Source: Hydrolagus colliei
Taxonomy: Eukaryota
Length of the DNA: 64,000 bases
Assembly (NCBI GenBank): GCA_035084275.1
Contig: CM068743.1
Coordinates: forward strand, 109,306,001 to 109,370,000
Reading direction: 5' to 3'
The notes beneath the pieces were generated by a model. That model was not told the DNA's origin and searched no databases. It saw only the letters and a list, made by a program, of their open reading frames with translations. The first letter of the stretch is position 1. The number at the start of each line of letters is the position of its first letter. A program made the translations under genes and the position numbers. Shown here piece by piece: positions 1 through 12,680 of this stretch.

Positions 1-470
1 TTAACTTGACGTCTTTAGTCGAAAAAAACAATTGAAGCAATTCAAGAGTATTTAACAAAAGTACAGGCAATAATTCTAAACCAGCATGGGTTTATGAGTG
101 GTAGGTCATGCTGGACAAATTTATTAGAATTCTATGTGGATACAGTTAATGAAGTGAATGTAATGAATGTAGACTTTCAGAGTGTCTCACAAGAGATCTG
201 TGGCTGAGGTACAAGCTAAGAAGAAAAAATTGTAAATTGAATGTAAACCAGTAAAATAACAGGAAACAAGGAGAAAGTAATGGTCCACATTTCTAACTGT
301 GTCGCTACCAAAGTCTGGTACTGGAAGCTCTGCTGTTCACAACTCTGGAAATGATCTATAAGGTAGGTATTTCAAGCTTGAGTTTGCAGATATCGAGTTG
401 TATGAGAAGGCTTGGGAAGCAAAGGGATACAATTCAGAGACAGTTAGCAAGTGTAGAAATAATAACACTT
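1..470 (+). mobile_element. Degraded CR1 LINE reverse-transcriptase fragment
   Basis: ccagcatgggtttatgagtggtaggtcatgctggacaaatttattagaattc translates to QHGFMSGRSCWTNLLEF, matching QHGFVKGKSCLTNLIEF in the CR1 at 17.3-19.6 kb. No intact ORF. Confidence 0.7.
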
Positions 471-491
471 AGCTTTGACTGACAATTAGTA

Positions 492-1149
492 CAGTTGGCC
501 CTCGTCGAATGTGGGGGTTACGTTCCTGGAAACACTGCGTAATTGGTAAAATCGCGTTCGGTAAGCTTAACAAGTAATGGGAAAAGGGGGGTTAGGAAAA
601 TCCAGCGACGGGCTACCCCCTCAAGTCTCCAGGCACTTCCACACCCGACCAATGCAAGGTACGTACTGAGGAGGGTTACAGCCGGCTGGCTCGCTCTCCC
701 CGCTCCCCGCTCCCCGCTCTCCCCGCTCTCTCTGACTCACTGGAGACAATAAAACAGCACCTTACACTACCACAGCTTGGCTAAATTATTTATTATTACA
801 GTATTATGTTGTCGCTCGCTCTGCTCTCCCTTCTCTCATCGATCGCTCCACTCTCCCTTCTCTCTTCAATTGCTCGGCTCTCCTATTGATCGCTCTGCTC
901 TCCCATCGATCGCTCCGCTCTCCCATCGATCGCTCCGCTCTCCCTTCTCTCATCACTCGCTCTGCTCTCCCTTCTCCTCCCAAGGGTGCATTGCGCGAGG
1001 CCGACAAACTTCCATGTGCACATGCGTACGGGGCGAGCCAGCGCATATACGCAAGTTTTAAGCGCATTGAGCAAAAAAGTGATGCATTTTGTTGTTCGCA
1101 TATGGTTGAATTCGCAATCGAGAAAGTCGCGATCGACGAGGGCCTACTG
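492..1149. mobile_element. Non-autonomous Tc1/mariner (Tigger/pogo-like) MITE
   Basis: The left end CAGTTGGCCCTCGTCGA matches the reverse complement of the right end, CAGTAGGCCCTCGTCGA, with 1 mismatch. TA duplication at 490-491 and 1150-1151. Internal CT-rich tandem repeats, no transposase. Confidence 0.85.
810..985. repeat. Imperfect tandem repeat (TCGCTCYGCTCTCCC units) inside the MITE
   Basis: About six copies of tcgctc(c/t)gctctccc with variable spacers. This explains the overlapping spurious ORFs. Confidence 0.8.
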
Positions 1150-1302
1150 TACTGAGTCATAAGATATTGTCCTTCACAGGAAATTCCCCACCACATGATA
1201 AGGCGCTGTATCAAATTCAAGGATTATTCCACTCTCCCTCATAGTGGGGTTCCAAGTTAGTGCCCAGCGCAGTGCTAGGGTTGCCCAACAACAAACATTC
1301 CT

Positions 1303-1611
1303 GGTGACCTGCAGTTTCCAGCCCAACTTGTCTTGCAAGCGAGAGACCTGAGTTAGATTCCCGGCATGTCAGGATATAACCTTGGGCAAGTTTCCTTACT
1401 CCACACGCCTGATAATAATTCATCAAAAACCAATAATAAGTTGATCATTTCAATCCACGACTGTTTGTGGGACACTGATGTGCGCAATTGTCTGCCGCGT
1501 TTTACTCATATATACAGTCAATTCATTTTACAGCATATTTTGTGAAGCGCTTTGAGATGTCTAGAAAACATGAAAAGCGCTATATCAAAAGCAAGGATTA
1601 TTATTATTATT
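1303..1611 (+). mobile_element. tRNA-derived SINE (young family, Deu-like body, L2-like tail)
   Basis: Damaged tRNA head, body ccttgggcaagtttccttactccacacgcc...tgtttgtgggacactg, tail aagcgctttgagatgtc...aaaagcgctatatcaaa...ggattattatt. Confidence 0.85.
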
Positions 1612-1612
1612 G

Positions 1613-2062
1613 TACAACAACAACAACATTACATTTATAGAGCGCCTTTTACCGATGGTAGGGAGCAGACTGGAGCCTACTGAATGGGGGGGGCGGGCAG
1701 GTTCATAATGAGACAGCAGGTCAGAGAGATAGGAGGGGGCAAGGCCGTGAATGACCTTGAATTCGATCCTCTGGGGATGGGGAGCCAATGGAGCAGGGCA
1801 AGGGTAGGAGTGATGTGGTCGCGGAGCTTGGTGCAGGAGAGGACATGAGCTGCAGAGTTCTGTATGATCTGCAGTTTGTGAATGCAAGTTCCGGGAAGGC
1901 CGACGAGGAGGGAGTTTCCATAGTTGAGCCTTGATGTGACGAGTGCATTGGCAAGGGTTTCAGCAGATTGAGGGGTGAGGCAGTGGCAGAGTTTGGCAAT
2001 GTTGCGGAGGTGGTAGAAAGCAGTACTGGTCATAGCATGGATGTGGGGGAGGAAGGACAGTA
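1613..2062 (-). mobile_element. 5'-truncated L2 LINE
   Basis: Encodes the L2 ORF2 C-terminus (AFYHLRNIAKL...LVTSRLNYGNSLLVGLP...HITPTLALLHWLPI) and has a (TTG)n tail. Lies tail-to-tail with the SINE. Confidence 0.9.
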
Positions 2063-4709
2063 CAGGGTAATAGCCAGGGTAATACAGTTCGGGGTAATGT
2101 CCAGGGTAATAATGGATCAGGGTACTATAGTCCACTGTAATGGCCAGAATGCTTACTTAATGAAGAATGTTTTTTAACAAAATTAGGTTTGCAGTTTGCC
2201 AAATTTTGAACACATACGGCACAAATAAGATCCCCTGGCACTGTGCAAAAAGAGAAGGGAATTTCTCATGGTGTCCTGTCTACAATCCCACAGATCCAAT
2301 TTGTCATTTTTTCAGTGTTTGTGGGACATTGTTGTGTACATATTGGTGGCCTTATTTACTCACTAAATACACATTTGTTGCACTTTACAGTATTTCAGGT
2401 GTAGCAGCAATGCATGGCAAGAAGTGGGAAAAAGAAACAGAAAGGCGCTAGGATTAAAATTTAGAATAGATAGAAAAAAGGTTGAGAGTCAGTAGAAAAT
2501 TATTAAAATAAAATGTAGAGGGAGACAGTATAGGAAAAGGAGAAACTAGAAAGGTAACAGAATGGGAATGGATTAAAAAAAAAAAAATTTAGAATGTGGA
2601 TGTTATACTTTTTCATGGTGATTTGGGGGCATTAGAGTAATACAGATATCCCTGTGGCTGAATAGTAATATTATTGTAAAATTAATATTTCTCTCCACAT
2701 CTTAGTGATTGAACTGAACATGTACAGAATTGGTCACCCCACAGAGATGGAACTCTGTAGACGTACCAAGAGTCCAGACAGTAATTGAAGCCTGGTTAGG
2801 GAATCAGTTGACATTATTAGTAACTCAAGCTAATATAAGGTTCAACTTTATGCCTGCAGCTGCCAGTATATGAAGTCAACTGGTACCTAGTAAGAAAATG
2901 CCGACTTGATTCAACAAAAAGTAATGGAATCTGAATGTGGGGCCGGGCGGTGATTAAAATAACAGCAGCTCAGATTGAAACTTAAAATAGGCTCTTCAGT
3001 GATGGAGCGCATTGGCTGAACTGACAAATCAAAGGCTCAGGAACATTTATCCATTTTTCTACTTAGTCAATTCACTTTATGGTGTGTTCTGTGAAGCGCC
3101 GCAAAGTCATGATAAGGTGTGATGTTAAATGCAAGGATTATTATTATGATTGTGAGGTTTAGAATCAACAGCAACTTGCATTTATATAGCATCCTTCACA
3201 CAAGGTAGCATATCAGAGTGCTTGAGAATTGATCTTTCCCACTTTCTTCTTCTAGGAAGTCATACTCCCAGAATGTTTTGAACCATTTTCCGTCCGGGCA
3301 TCTAGTCATCCTGCTCCCAGACTCCATCGGCAGTTTGGTGAGAATGGTGTAGGCTGAGCTGCTCCTCTTCTTTCATTCCACTTGCAGCTTCTCTCTGCAA
3401 TCACATATCTTCCTATGGTTGAATTGCAAGTGAGAACCTACGTGCTTCGCTCACTACTCCGCCTATCTCCGAGCTTTTTAATATCACTAGGGCTGCACTA
3501 AGGTGAAAGATATAGCACTAGTGAGATAGTGCAATCATCATTCTTCCACAAGTGTGAAGGAGCCACAGCTGATGAGCACCACAGGCATCCAGTTCTGATG
3601 GTCTTTAGAGCAAGTAAAAAAACACTGATACTACATCATTACCCACTGCAAATATTGGATTTAAAATGGGATAGGAACAATTTGAGTGCTTTATTTGTAA
3701 TTTTGCTTTAATACCCCAGTGATCGATTTGCATAATTTATTATTGCCGACATTAATATTTTCAAATCTTCTTTACTGTAGTTTAATATGATTAAATCTTC
3801 ATAATTATTAGGCTAACAGAGGAAATCAGCCAAAAAAAGTCAAGTACAAACGGCACAATTCTAAGATTTATGTATTCCAGTTGTCATGTAATATGGCATC
3901 GGAACAAGTTTCATTGAACTTCAAATGTCGGTGATACTATTTATATTGTGACTGGTGGGAGATTTAAATGTCAGGACCGAAGAAATATCAGCAATACCTA
4001 AAGAACTAAAATTTAATATTACAAATGTCACTGTAATCTTCACTTTGTTTTTAAAATTCATTCTCCTCCAGCTGGGAAGAGGGAGTGAGTCAACCACAGA
4101 CTTCTCCACATCTTCAGCCATCCATGCGATAAGGACAATGTAAATGGTTTGCTATTTGTTGAACGCCACACTTAGCAGTGCAGCTGAGAAATGATGCAGC
4201 ACATGATGTGTTGGATTGTGAATTGGAGTGTTAATGTTCCAGCTTATTTGTTAGCAGTTATTCCATTTTTAACAATATCTTGATTTAATGGGCTGGGTTT
4301 AAGTGCTTTCAGAGAAATACATATATATTATATCTCTATATCTCCAGCCTTTTCATCTACACACAGTTTCTTCTATAAATCAATTGACAAAAAAAATTAC
4401 ACATAGTGTTGGTGGAAGGGCAGGGGGAGGGGAGGAGGGGAATACAGTGTGTGATGTGATAACTATTGCAATAACACAATATGTTATGTTAACTATAAAC
4501 TTAGGACATTCTCCCCACCCACTTCCACCCACATCTCGACTCCTCACTAGGATTGGGATAATCTTTAACCTGGCCACAGAGAATATGGATTTATAATAGT
4601 AATTCTTCCTTTCAATGTATTGCTTTATCATATCATCACAAGAATATGAATAACCCTAGTTTAGATACTTTTAAGCATGGTGATGTGTTTCCGGTTATGT
4701 CTGACACTT

Positions 4710-5090
4710 GGCTGACCCCCCCAAAATATTATTGGAATGTCTCAAAGCAGTTCATATATTTACTATAGAGTATTGTAGCAGTGTATTTGTGGGTGAATGC
4801 AGTCACTAATTTTGGACCTTAATTCCTACAAGCAGCCGTGAAGTGAATCACCATTTTTATCTGTGGGAATTGTTGGCCAGGACTCTGGGAGAAACTCCTT
4901 TCTCTTTTCACTATTCATTATTTTTGAATAGTGCCAAGGGATTTTTAATATCGTGCATTTCCAACTTTAATATCCGAACAGGCAGACGGGACCTCTGTTT
5001 AATCTTTCACCTGAGAAACAACACCTCAACAATGCAGCTTTCCACCAGCACTGCAATGGGGCATCAATCTAGACATGCCATTATTCGATG
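4710..5090 (-). mobile_element. Old Deu-domain SINE (SacSINE1/AmnSINE1-like)
   Basis: Contains ttgttggccaggactctgggagaaactcc...tttgaatagtgccaagggatttttaa...gaacaggcagacgggacctctgtttaatctttcacctgag, the reverse complement of the Deu core recalled from known DeuSINEs. Confidence 0.65.
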
Positions 5091-5634
5091 ACATCAATAG
5101 GTGAGATCAAGACTGTACCTTTGTGTGTTGTTTTACGCTTTTTGGCACTGGGGCCTCACAAATCGGCTTGTTCCCTTGTTCATGACCATCCAAGTCCTTT
5201 TGATGAGTCTTTCAATGGGCGCGGTTCTTTAGACCCTGAATTTTAAGCACTTTGTGCAGGCTTACATTTAATCACACGGTCTAATTTAACAGAAGCTTTG
5301 ACAGGCAGATAAACTTTATCTTGAAAATTTCAAAAGTTTCCAGCTAGCCCTGTGTTCAGGATTTATATTTTTGTAACAAAAACACAGTTTGCCCTCATCC
5401 CTTTCCAATTTTCTCTCCTCTTCTGCACTGATTCATGGGCACATGAAACCCTCAGGCACGTTGCCCAAGTGAGCGTTCTTCACTTGTGAGATTACTCACA
5501 AGAACTTGATTATTACTTCAATGAAATAAGAAAAATTGCATTGAGCCTACCTTCCTATTTTGGAATCTTGATGAATAATTTGAAATATCAGTCACTTGAG
5601 GTGCTCTAGTTTCTTCAGGGAGTTATAATAATAA

Positions 5635-6010
5635 AAAAAAATTATGTGCCATTTGGTATAGTGCTTTATCATGTCAAAGTGCCTTAAAATGCTTCGTCAA
5701 GTTTCCATAAAGCATAGTGACTGCGCATCTGTAGATGAATGCGGTAGCCAATTTGCAGACTGCGATGTCTCCACAAACAACAAGGATAATTTTTACATGG
5801 GGAATTGTTGGCCTGGACAGCGGGGAGAAATTCCCTTATCTTTTCGATTAGTTCAGTGGGATCTTTAATCTCCATCTGAACATGTCGACAATTTATCATC
5901 TCAACTGAAGGGTGGCACCTTCGACAATGCAACAGCACACACCCAACACTGCATAGGAATGACAGCCGAGACAAGGAGCTTAAAATCCAGATGTGTTTTG
6001 GGGAAGATTC
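5635..6010 (-). mobile_element. Old Deu-domain SINE
   Basis: Tail atttggtatagtgctttatcatgtc...aaaatgcttc and Deu core ttgttggcctggacagcggggagaaattccc...gggatctttaatctccatctgaac...tggcaccttcgacaatgcaac. Confidence 0.65.
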
Positions 6011-6200
6011 AATTCTGCAAGATGCTGTTTCACAACCTGGTGATACACTGACCACCATGTCAACAACCAAAGGCAAATATTTGCAAAGCAGTTTTCAACA
6101 TACACCTTAGTTTTCAATTAGCACTAAACAATTACCCATCAATGGGAGCTGATGCCTCCAACAATGCAACAGCACCTTGTTAACAAGACCTTCAGTGAAG

Positions 6201-6359
6201 NNNNNNNNNNNNNNNNNNNNNNNNNNNNNNNNNNNNNNNNNNNNNNNNNNNNNNNNNNNNNNNNNNNNNNNNNNNNNNNNNNNNNNNNNNNNNNNNNNNN
6301 NNNNNNNNNNNNNNNNNNNNNNNNNNNNNNNNNNNNNNNNNNNNNNNNNNNNNNNNNNN
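6201..6359. other. Assembly gap (N run)
   Basis: Run of n characters. Confidence 1.
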
Positions 6360-7024
6360 GTGTCTTTCACGTTGCAAGGACCAAGGCGCTGTACAGTCAG
6401 CTATTGACAAGAGCAGTGGGGGAGGGATCGGGGCAGGATGAAGAAGAGTAGGAAAATTGACTGTATGTTCTTTCACCCCCCATCACCCATAACTCACACA
6501 GACACATACAGACTCCCTTCACCATCACTGACTTAAAATTAATTGTAGGAAAGAGATAGAGAGCGAATGACAAGTTACAATGGAGGTTAAATTCTACCTG
6601 GGTAGTGTAACCCACTGAGTGTAACATTTCAGATTGTCCAGAAATTAGCAAGTTCTGAAATCTTGATTCTTAAACTCAAATTCTTAAACTCTTTAATTTT
6701 GAAGTTGTTTTTCTGCAAGTTCTGTTATGAAACTACAGATATCCGGCTTCAAATGTGAGATTAGTTTCAACAGTTTGCCAATTCTGCACACTGTGGAATG
6801 CTTCAATAGTAAAGTTAATCTAGAGACAGGTGGAATTGTACCCATTTATTTCATGACCCAGCCCTTTAATACAATAATACAGGATTCCAAATAATACCAC
6901 TTCAAACTGTTTGTAATGACACTAAATGAAAATATCAGGCACAGTTTGCCAATATTATGAGACAAGCAAAATTTGACCAGTTTTTGGTGTGTAAAAAAAC
7001 ATGGATTGCTCCTCCAAAGCATTT

Positions 7025-7768
7025 ATGTCCTTCCTCCCTTATATCCACTCCATGACTGGTACAGCCTTCCATCAGCTCCGCAATATTGCCAGACTCTGCC
7101 ACAACCTCACCCCCCCATGCCGCCAAAACTCTCATCCACGCCTTTATCACTTCCAGACTCGACGACTGGAATTCTCTCCTCGTCGGCCTCCCCAGCTCCT
7201 CCCTTCACAGGCTGCAGATCATTCAGAACGCTGTAGCTCGTTTACTCTCCCACACCAGGCTCCATGACCACATTACTCCCACCCTCGCCCGTCACCACTG
7301 GCTCCCCATCCCCCAGAGGATCGAATTCAAGATCCTTGTCCTCACCTTCAAGGCTATTCACAGTCTTGCCCTCGCCTATCTCTCCGACCTGTTGGCTCCC
7401 TATCAACCCGCCCGTCCCCTCCGCTCAGTAGGCTCTGGTCTGCTCCCCGTCCATTGCCCAAACCGCCCTACCATCGGTGGCCGGGCTTTCAGCCTCTCGG
7501 CTCCCACACTGTGGAACTCCATCCTGCAATCGCTTCACCTAATTTTCTCTCTTTCCTCCTTCAAAGCCGGTCTCAAGACCTTCCTCTTCGACCGTGCCTT
7601 CTGCTCTCCTCCAATTCTTCCACCTCTCCTACTCTCCTTCCCCCTACCCCGACCCTTCCCTCTGTGCTTGGGTCCCGACCTGACTGTTCAGCGCTTTGAG
7701 ACGTCCTCCCGACGTGAAAGGCGCTCTATAAATGTAATTTTGTGGTTGTTGTGGTTACTGTTGTTTTA
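7025..7768 (+). mobile_element. 5'-truncated L2 LINE with intact 3' end
   Basis: ORF 7086-7769 has LIHAFITSRLD...HITPTLARHHWLPIPQRIEFKILVLTFKA...GGRAFSLSAPTLWNS...FKAGLKTFLF. Tail cagcgctttgagacgtcctcccgacgtgaaaggcgctctataaatgtaattttgtggttgttg. Confidence 0.92.
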
Positions 7769-8213
7769 ACAAAATGTAGGAGTTCTGGGAGGAAGGCTGT
7801 TTGCTTTAGTTATGCAGTGTACCACAGAGTATTGGATGCAGGTTTACACTGACAATTCCCCAGATAGCAGGTTCAGCCCAATAGGAGAACTATTGATGGC
7901 ATAACTGGGCAGGTCGCACAGATAGGGGAGGAATGACCAATAATCCTCACAGACACCTTAGTAACTCTTCACAAAATAACATTGGAAAAGCTCTGAAACT
8001 AAGTTACCCACCTCTTGTCTCACCTCTTGTTTAGCGAGGCAACAACAATAACAACAAAATTGCACTTATATAGCGCCTTTCACTTCACTTGTTCTGCTCG
8101 CTGAACAGAGGAAAGACATTTAAAAATGTACCCTTACCTGTTGCTTGTGGGGAAGCTTGACCTTTATTGACCTTACCTTACTAAGGTCTTATTGACCTAT
8201 TTCTGATTACAAT

Positions 8214-8511
8214 ATAATAATCCTTGCATTTGATGTAACAAGGATATATCTTCTAGATGTCTCAAAGTGCTTCACAAAATATACTGTAAAGTAAATTGAC
8301 GGGGCGAAACAAAGCAGCCAATTGAGCACAGCAGTGTCCCACAAACATTCATGGTTTAAAGTGACCAATTTATTATTAGGTTTTTTTTACTTGAGGGATT
8401 ATTATCAGGCGTGTGAAGTAATGAAGCTTGCCCGAAGTTTCATCCTGCCGGGAATTGAACCCAGGTCTCTCGCCTGCGAGGCACATACTCTAACCACCTA
8501 GCTACAGGACT
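8214..8511 (-). mobile_element. Young tRNA-derived SINE
   Basis: Reverse complement of the family, from ataataatccttgcatttg to ctctaaccacctagctacaggact. Confidence 0.85.
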
Positions 8512-9737
8512 ACGAGCTATAACAACAAACAACAAATTACAGTTCTATAGCGTCTTTCACGCCAGGAGGGGGGCTCAAGGCACTGGTTAAATTGATTTTT
8601 TTTAAAATCATCCTGGATTTTTTTTAAAGTTGAGGGGAACTTTTTTAAAGTTCGGTTGGAATTAAAAAAAATAATTCTGACTGACATTAGTGAAACAAAT
8701 TGTTTTGGTGTAAAGAAAATATAGAGGATGCAAACAGTAACCCTGACTTTTGTTCTTAATGGAGGAAAACACTATCAAGGCTGCACTAAGTGATCCTTTA
8801 CATGGAGAATGGAAACTCATCAATTTGGCAAGCCCCCATTTAGTCCACATTAGTGCTGGTCAAGAAAAAACAAAAACAACCAAAATATATCTCATTTTAG
8901 CTGATGTACTCTTGAGCAGATCATTCATTTCCGTTCTTAACAGCAGCTAAAAAAAAGTCAGCTTATTAAATCCCTAGTTCAACATATTAAATTGGATGCA
9001 ATGTCTCTTAAATAATTGTAATATCCCGGTGACATTTAGCATTGAAAATGCAAAGTTGTCACAAAGCTTTAACCATGTGTTATGGGTGGAATATGAATAA
9101 TGTCAGACTTTTGTACCTTATTAGAAGACCCCTGCTGTAACATTGAGCAAGAATGTTCATAAAATGGATATTCTGCGACCTCACAGCAGGTGAGCTCATG
9201 TTACTGTGCAGATCACTACAAAAACAAATCACAAACAGAAAGCGGATCTGAAATAATATTTGCTGTGGTGCAGGAATACGAAAAGAGCTGAGATTTTTTT
9301 AAAAAATGATGTACAGTTTAGCAGAAAATATAGTTTAATCTGAGTATCAGTCCGGTGAGACTATATTTTGGATTACTTTTGGAAGGACCTGTTTTTGTGT
9401 ATTGTTTCATGTACTGTAATTCCCAAGATTTACATCTGCTAAATGAAGTACGTACTGTATATTGCTTTCTGCTTATCTATAGACAAAGGGCCATTACAAA
9501 ATAAGATTTTTTCCCCCAAAAAAATCTACCTGAGTATTTCAATGATATTGCATGTGAATGAACAATTGAGAGTGAACAATACATCTGAGGTCACTCTCGA
9601 GCAGACAACGACAACAATAAACAAGTGTTTCCAAATCAAAGAAATAAAGGTAATGGATTACAGGCACTTTTCAATGAAACAACTGAGCCAAACCATTGAA
9701 ATTAAATAAAGGCTTAGATCACTGGCAGACTTAGGAC

Positions 9738-10540
9738 CACAACTTGCACTTATACAGCACCCTCCACGCAGGATAGTATCTCAGAGCGCTTAACAATGGT
9801 GGAACCTGTCTCCGAGCCGGGGTGTGGGGGAATGGGTGGAGGAGGGGGAGATTGGCCATAAGCACGGTCGAAGAGGATGGGGAATATTTCTGGCTGATGG
9901 TAGAAAAACAAATTCCTTTGCTGTAAGGAAAATGTAGAAGTCTTGCGCAAAAAGATGCAAACAGTAACTGTACACTTTTGTTCTTAATGGAGGAAAACAC
10001 AATCATGGCTGCACTGAGTAAACCTTTGTATGGGGGTATTTGAAGAAGGGGAGAGTGAAGGGGCGGGGGGTGACAAGGCAAAGTTATTGAGGGAGTGTTC
10101 CAGAGTCTCAGGGCATAATAGGGCGACCTCTGATGTTGGGCTGCAAGGTGTGAGGGACAAGCAGAAGGTCAGAGTAAGCTGAGCAGAGGAGCCTTGATGG
10201 TAGACTGGGGAGTGAGGAGGATGGAGATGTAGGGAGGTGTCAGGGAGTGAGTGGATTTGAACACGAGTGTGAGGATCTTGAAATTGATCCATTCGTGATA
10301 GGCTGCCAGTGAAGCCTGGACAGAATTGGTGAGATAGAGGTATGGAGATTGGTCTGGGTCAGTATGCGGGTGCAGAGTTCTAAATGAGCTAGATCAAACT
10401 GGATGTCTAGATCGCACTGGTTTGGTGAGTGTGAGGGAGAACCCAGGGAGGGTGAGAAGTTCAGATCCGCAGGAGTGATGGGAGCCATACTCTTTGGCTC
10501 CCGTCTTGTTCACATTCAGCTGCGGGAAGTTGCAGGAAGG
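9738..10540 (-). mobile_element. Old L2 LINE fragment, interrupted by an insertion
   Basis: Tail acaacttgcacttatacagcaccctccacg and HTSISPILSRLHWQPI-like translation. Interrupted at about 9883-10035. Confidence 0.7.
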
Positions 10541-10719
10541 AACATCCTTGAAAAGCATGTTTGTTGGGGAAGTGGAACTATGCTCATCTTTTACATAGAT
10601 TACATAGAATATATACCACAGAAACAGTTGGTATATACCAACTGGTCTATGCTAGCGATTATGCTACACATGAACCTCCTCCTGCCCTACCTCAACTAAG
10701 CCTGTCAGCATAACCTTAA

Positions 10720-10898
10720 AAATCCCTCAAAAAAAACTACAATAAATTGGTCATTTCAACTCACTGCTGTGTGCAATTGGCTGCCATGTTTCGCCCACCA
10801 ATATGCAATCAATTTACTTTACAGTATATTCTGTGAAGTACTTTGAGATGCCGAGAAGTCGTGAAAAGCACTATATCAAATGCAAGGATTATTATTAT
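10720..10898 (+). mobile_element. Young SINE, 3' half
   Basis: aataaattggtcatttcaa...gtgaaaagcactatatcaaatgcaaggattattattat. Confidence 0.85.
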
Positions 10899-11619
10899 AC
10901 ATTCAATGAGCTAAATGAGCATTTTAAAGTGCAAGGCTTGATTTATACTGGCTGCTTTGTGGCAATATTGAATTGTGGCCAGAAAATATTTGCATCTTTT
11001 GTATTATTTTAGCTCCTTGGGACGTCCTCCCCATATGAAAAATTCCATAGAAATGTAATTGTGGTGTTATTATTATTGTTAATATTATTCCTATTAGTAA
11101 GGCACAAGCAACCTGCAAATGGCTCTTTAGCCACACCAAGTGTGAAGATTTCCAGGCCATCCAATGGCCACGAGCTTTGAATGACACACTGAGGTCCAAT
11201 GTGATTTTCTCACCCCACAGTTATAATAATAATCTTACATTAGATAGAATGTGGTTTTCTCGTTGGGATGAGGCCATGCCAAAGCACTTCACAGGATTTA
11301 CTGTAAAGTACAGTGTGTTATGTTGGCCAACACAGCACCCAATTTGACATAGGAATGGCCCAAAACTGCTGCGGAGGGAGTGACTAATTTTATTGGGGTA
11401 CTGTCGGCAAGAACAGGACAACAGAGAAATTATCTCCTCATTTTGTTTAGTGCCATGGGATCTTATTCTTTATGTTGCAAACTGCACAACTCCTAAAAGG
11501 GCTTCAGGATGACTCATGTTATTTTAGCCCCTATTGATACAACAGATTTACTGTAGAATCTCTCGCCAAATCACCAAAAGGTGGTATATTACTCATTCGG
11601 TGTAACAGAAAGCTGGAAA

Positions 11620-11892
11620 TCTCTATATTGTTGTAAGGTGGCTTCTGTCAGATGAGATGTTAAACTGAGGTCTTGTCTGCCTGTTCGTATGGATGTCCTC
11701 CTGAAATGAATGGTGCCATGTAAATGCAATTCGGAAAGAGAAGGGAGTTTCTCCCAGTGTCCTGGCCAACAATCCCCCAAATAAAATTGGTCTTTCACTT
11801 TATGACTGTTTGTAGGGTATTTCTATGTGCAAACTAGTTCTGTTTGCCTACAACACGTAGTAACTGCACTTTACAGTATATCCTGTGAAGCA
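11620..11892 (+). mobile_element. Old Deu-domain SINE fragment
   Basis: cagatgagatgttaaactgaggtcttgtctgcctgttcg...gggagtttctcccagtgtcctggccaacaatcccc. An oppositely oriented fragment lies at about 11220-11465. Confidence 0.65.
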
Positions 11893-11894
11893 TC

Positions 11895-12172
11895 TTGCAC
11901 TGCCCTACTTTCGGCGGCCGGGTCTCTGCCCCCACAGTTTGGAATCCCACAATCTCTTTGCCTCGCTTCCTCCCTTTCCTCCTTCAAGGCCGGTCTCAAG
12001 ACCTTCCTCTTCGACCGTGCCTTCTGCTCCCCTCCTAACTCTCCCCAATTTCCTACTCTCCTTCCCCTGCCCCTACCCCGACCCATCCCCCCCTAGCTAG
12101 CTGTTCAGCACCTTCGGATGTCCTCCCGACATGAAAGGCGCTCTACAAATGTAATTTTGTTGTTGTTGTTGA
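11895..12172 (+). mobile_element. L2 LINE 3' end
   Basis: SSLSSFKAGLKTFLFDRAF plus tail gaaaggcgctctacaaatgtaattttgttgttg. Confidence 0.85.
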
Positions 12173-12304
12173 TGATGTAAAAGGCTCTATCCCAAATAAA
12201 GGACTTATTATCCCTTACTAGCCTAACAGGGAAATACTGTAGTTATACAATACACTTTGGTATTGAACCACAAATAATCGAATGTGACTCGAATTGAAGC
12301 AGTA

Positions 12305-12680
12305 AGCTTGGCTCCGTTGGTTCCGTTCTTGCTTCTGGATCAGAAGACTGCAAGTTATGTTTAGAGTTTAGGCTGCCACGGCAGTACAGTACTAAGGGCG
12401 CGTTACAATGTCGTAGGTGCTGTCTTTCACTCGAGAGGTTAAACTGAGGTCCCTTCTGTCAGTTTAGGTGGATCTTAAGGTCCCCTGACACTGTCTGAAA
12501 ATAGAAAGAAGCTTCACCCTTGGTATCCTGGCAACGATCCTCCAGATTATTTTATCATTCACCTCATAGCTGTTGTAGGTCCTTTCTGGCTCAAATGGTT
12601 GCTGCGTTTGCCAACAAAAATGTCTCTATTGCTTTATGAGACATTGTAACATGATAAGACACTATAAAAGGGAAGTTGAC
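12305..12680 (+). mobile_element. Old near-full-length Deu-domain SINE
   Basis: tRNA-like head cttggctccgttggttccgttcttgcttctggatcagaag, Deu core ggtgctgtctttc...gttaaactgaggtccc...ggtggatcttaaggtcccctgacact, and tail. Confidence 0.65.

Noticed and set aside
810-985. Repeat array as CRISPR
   Set aside because: Low-complexity units without unique spacers, inside a MITE, with no cas genes, in vertebrate DNA.
2060-2125. CAGGGTAAT repeats as telomere-like or coding (YYPG) repeats
   Set aside because: Only about five imperfect units at an L2 truncation point, and not TTAGGG.
6107-6476. ORFs containing X runs
   Set aside because: Artefacts of the assembly gap.
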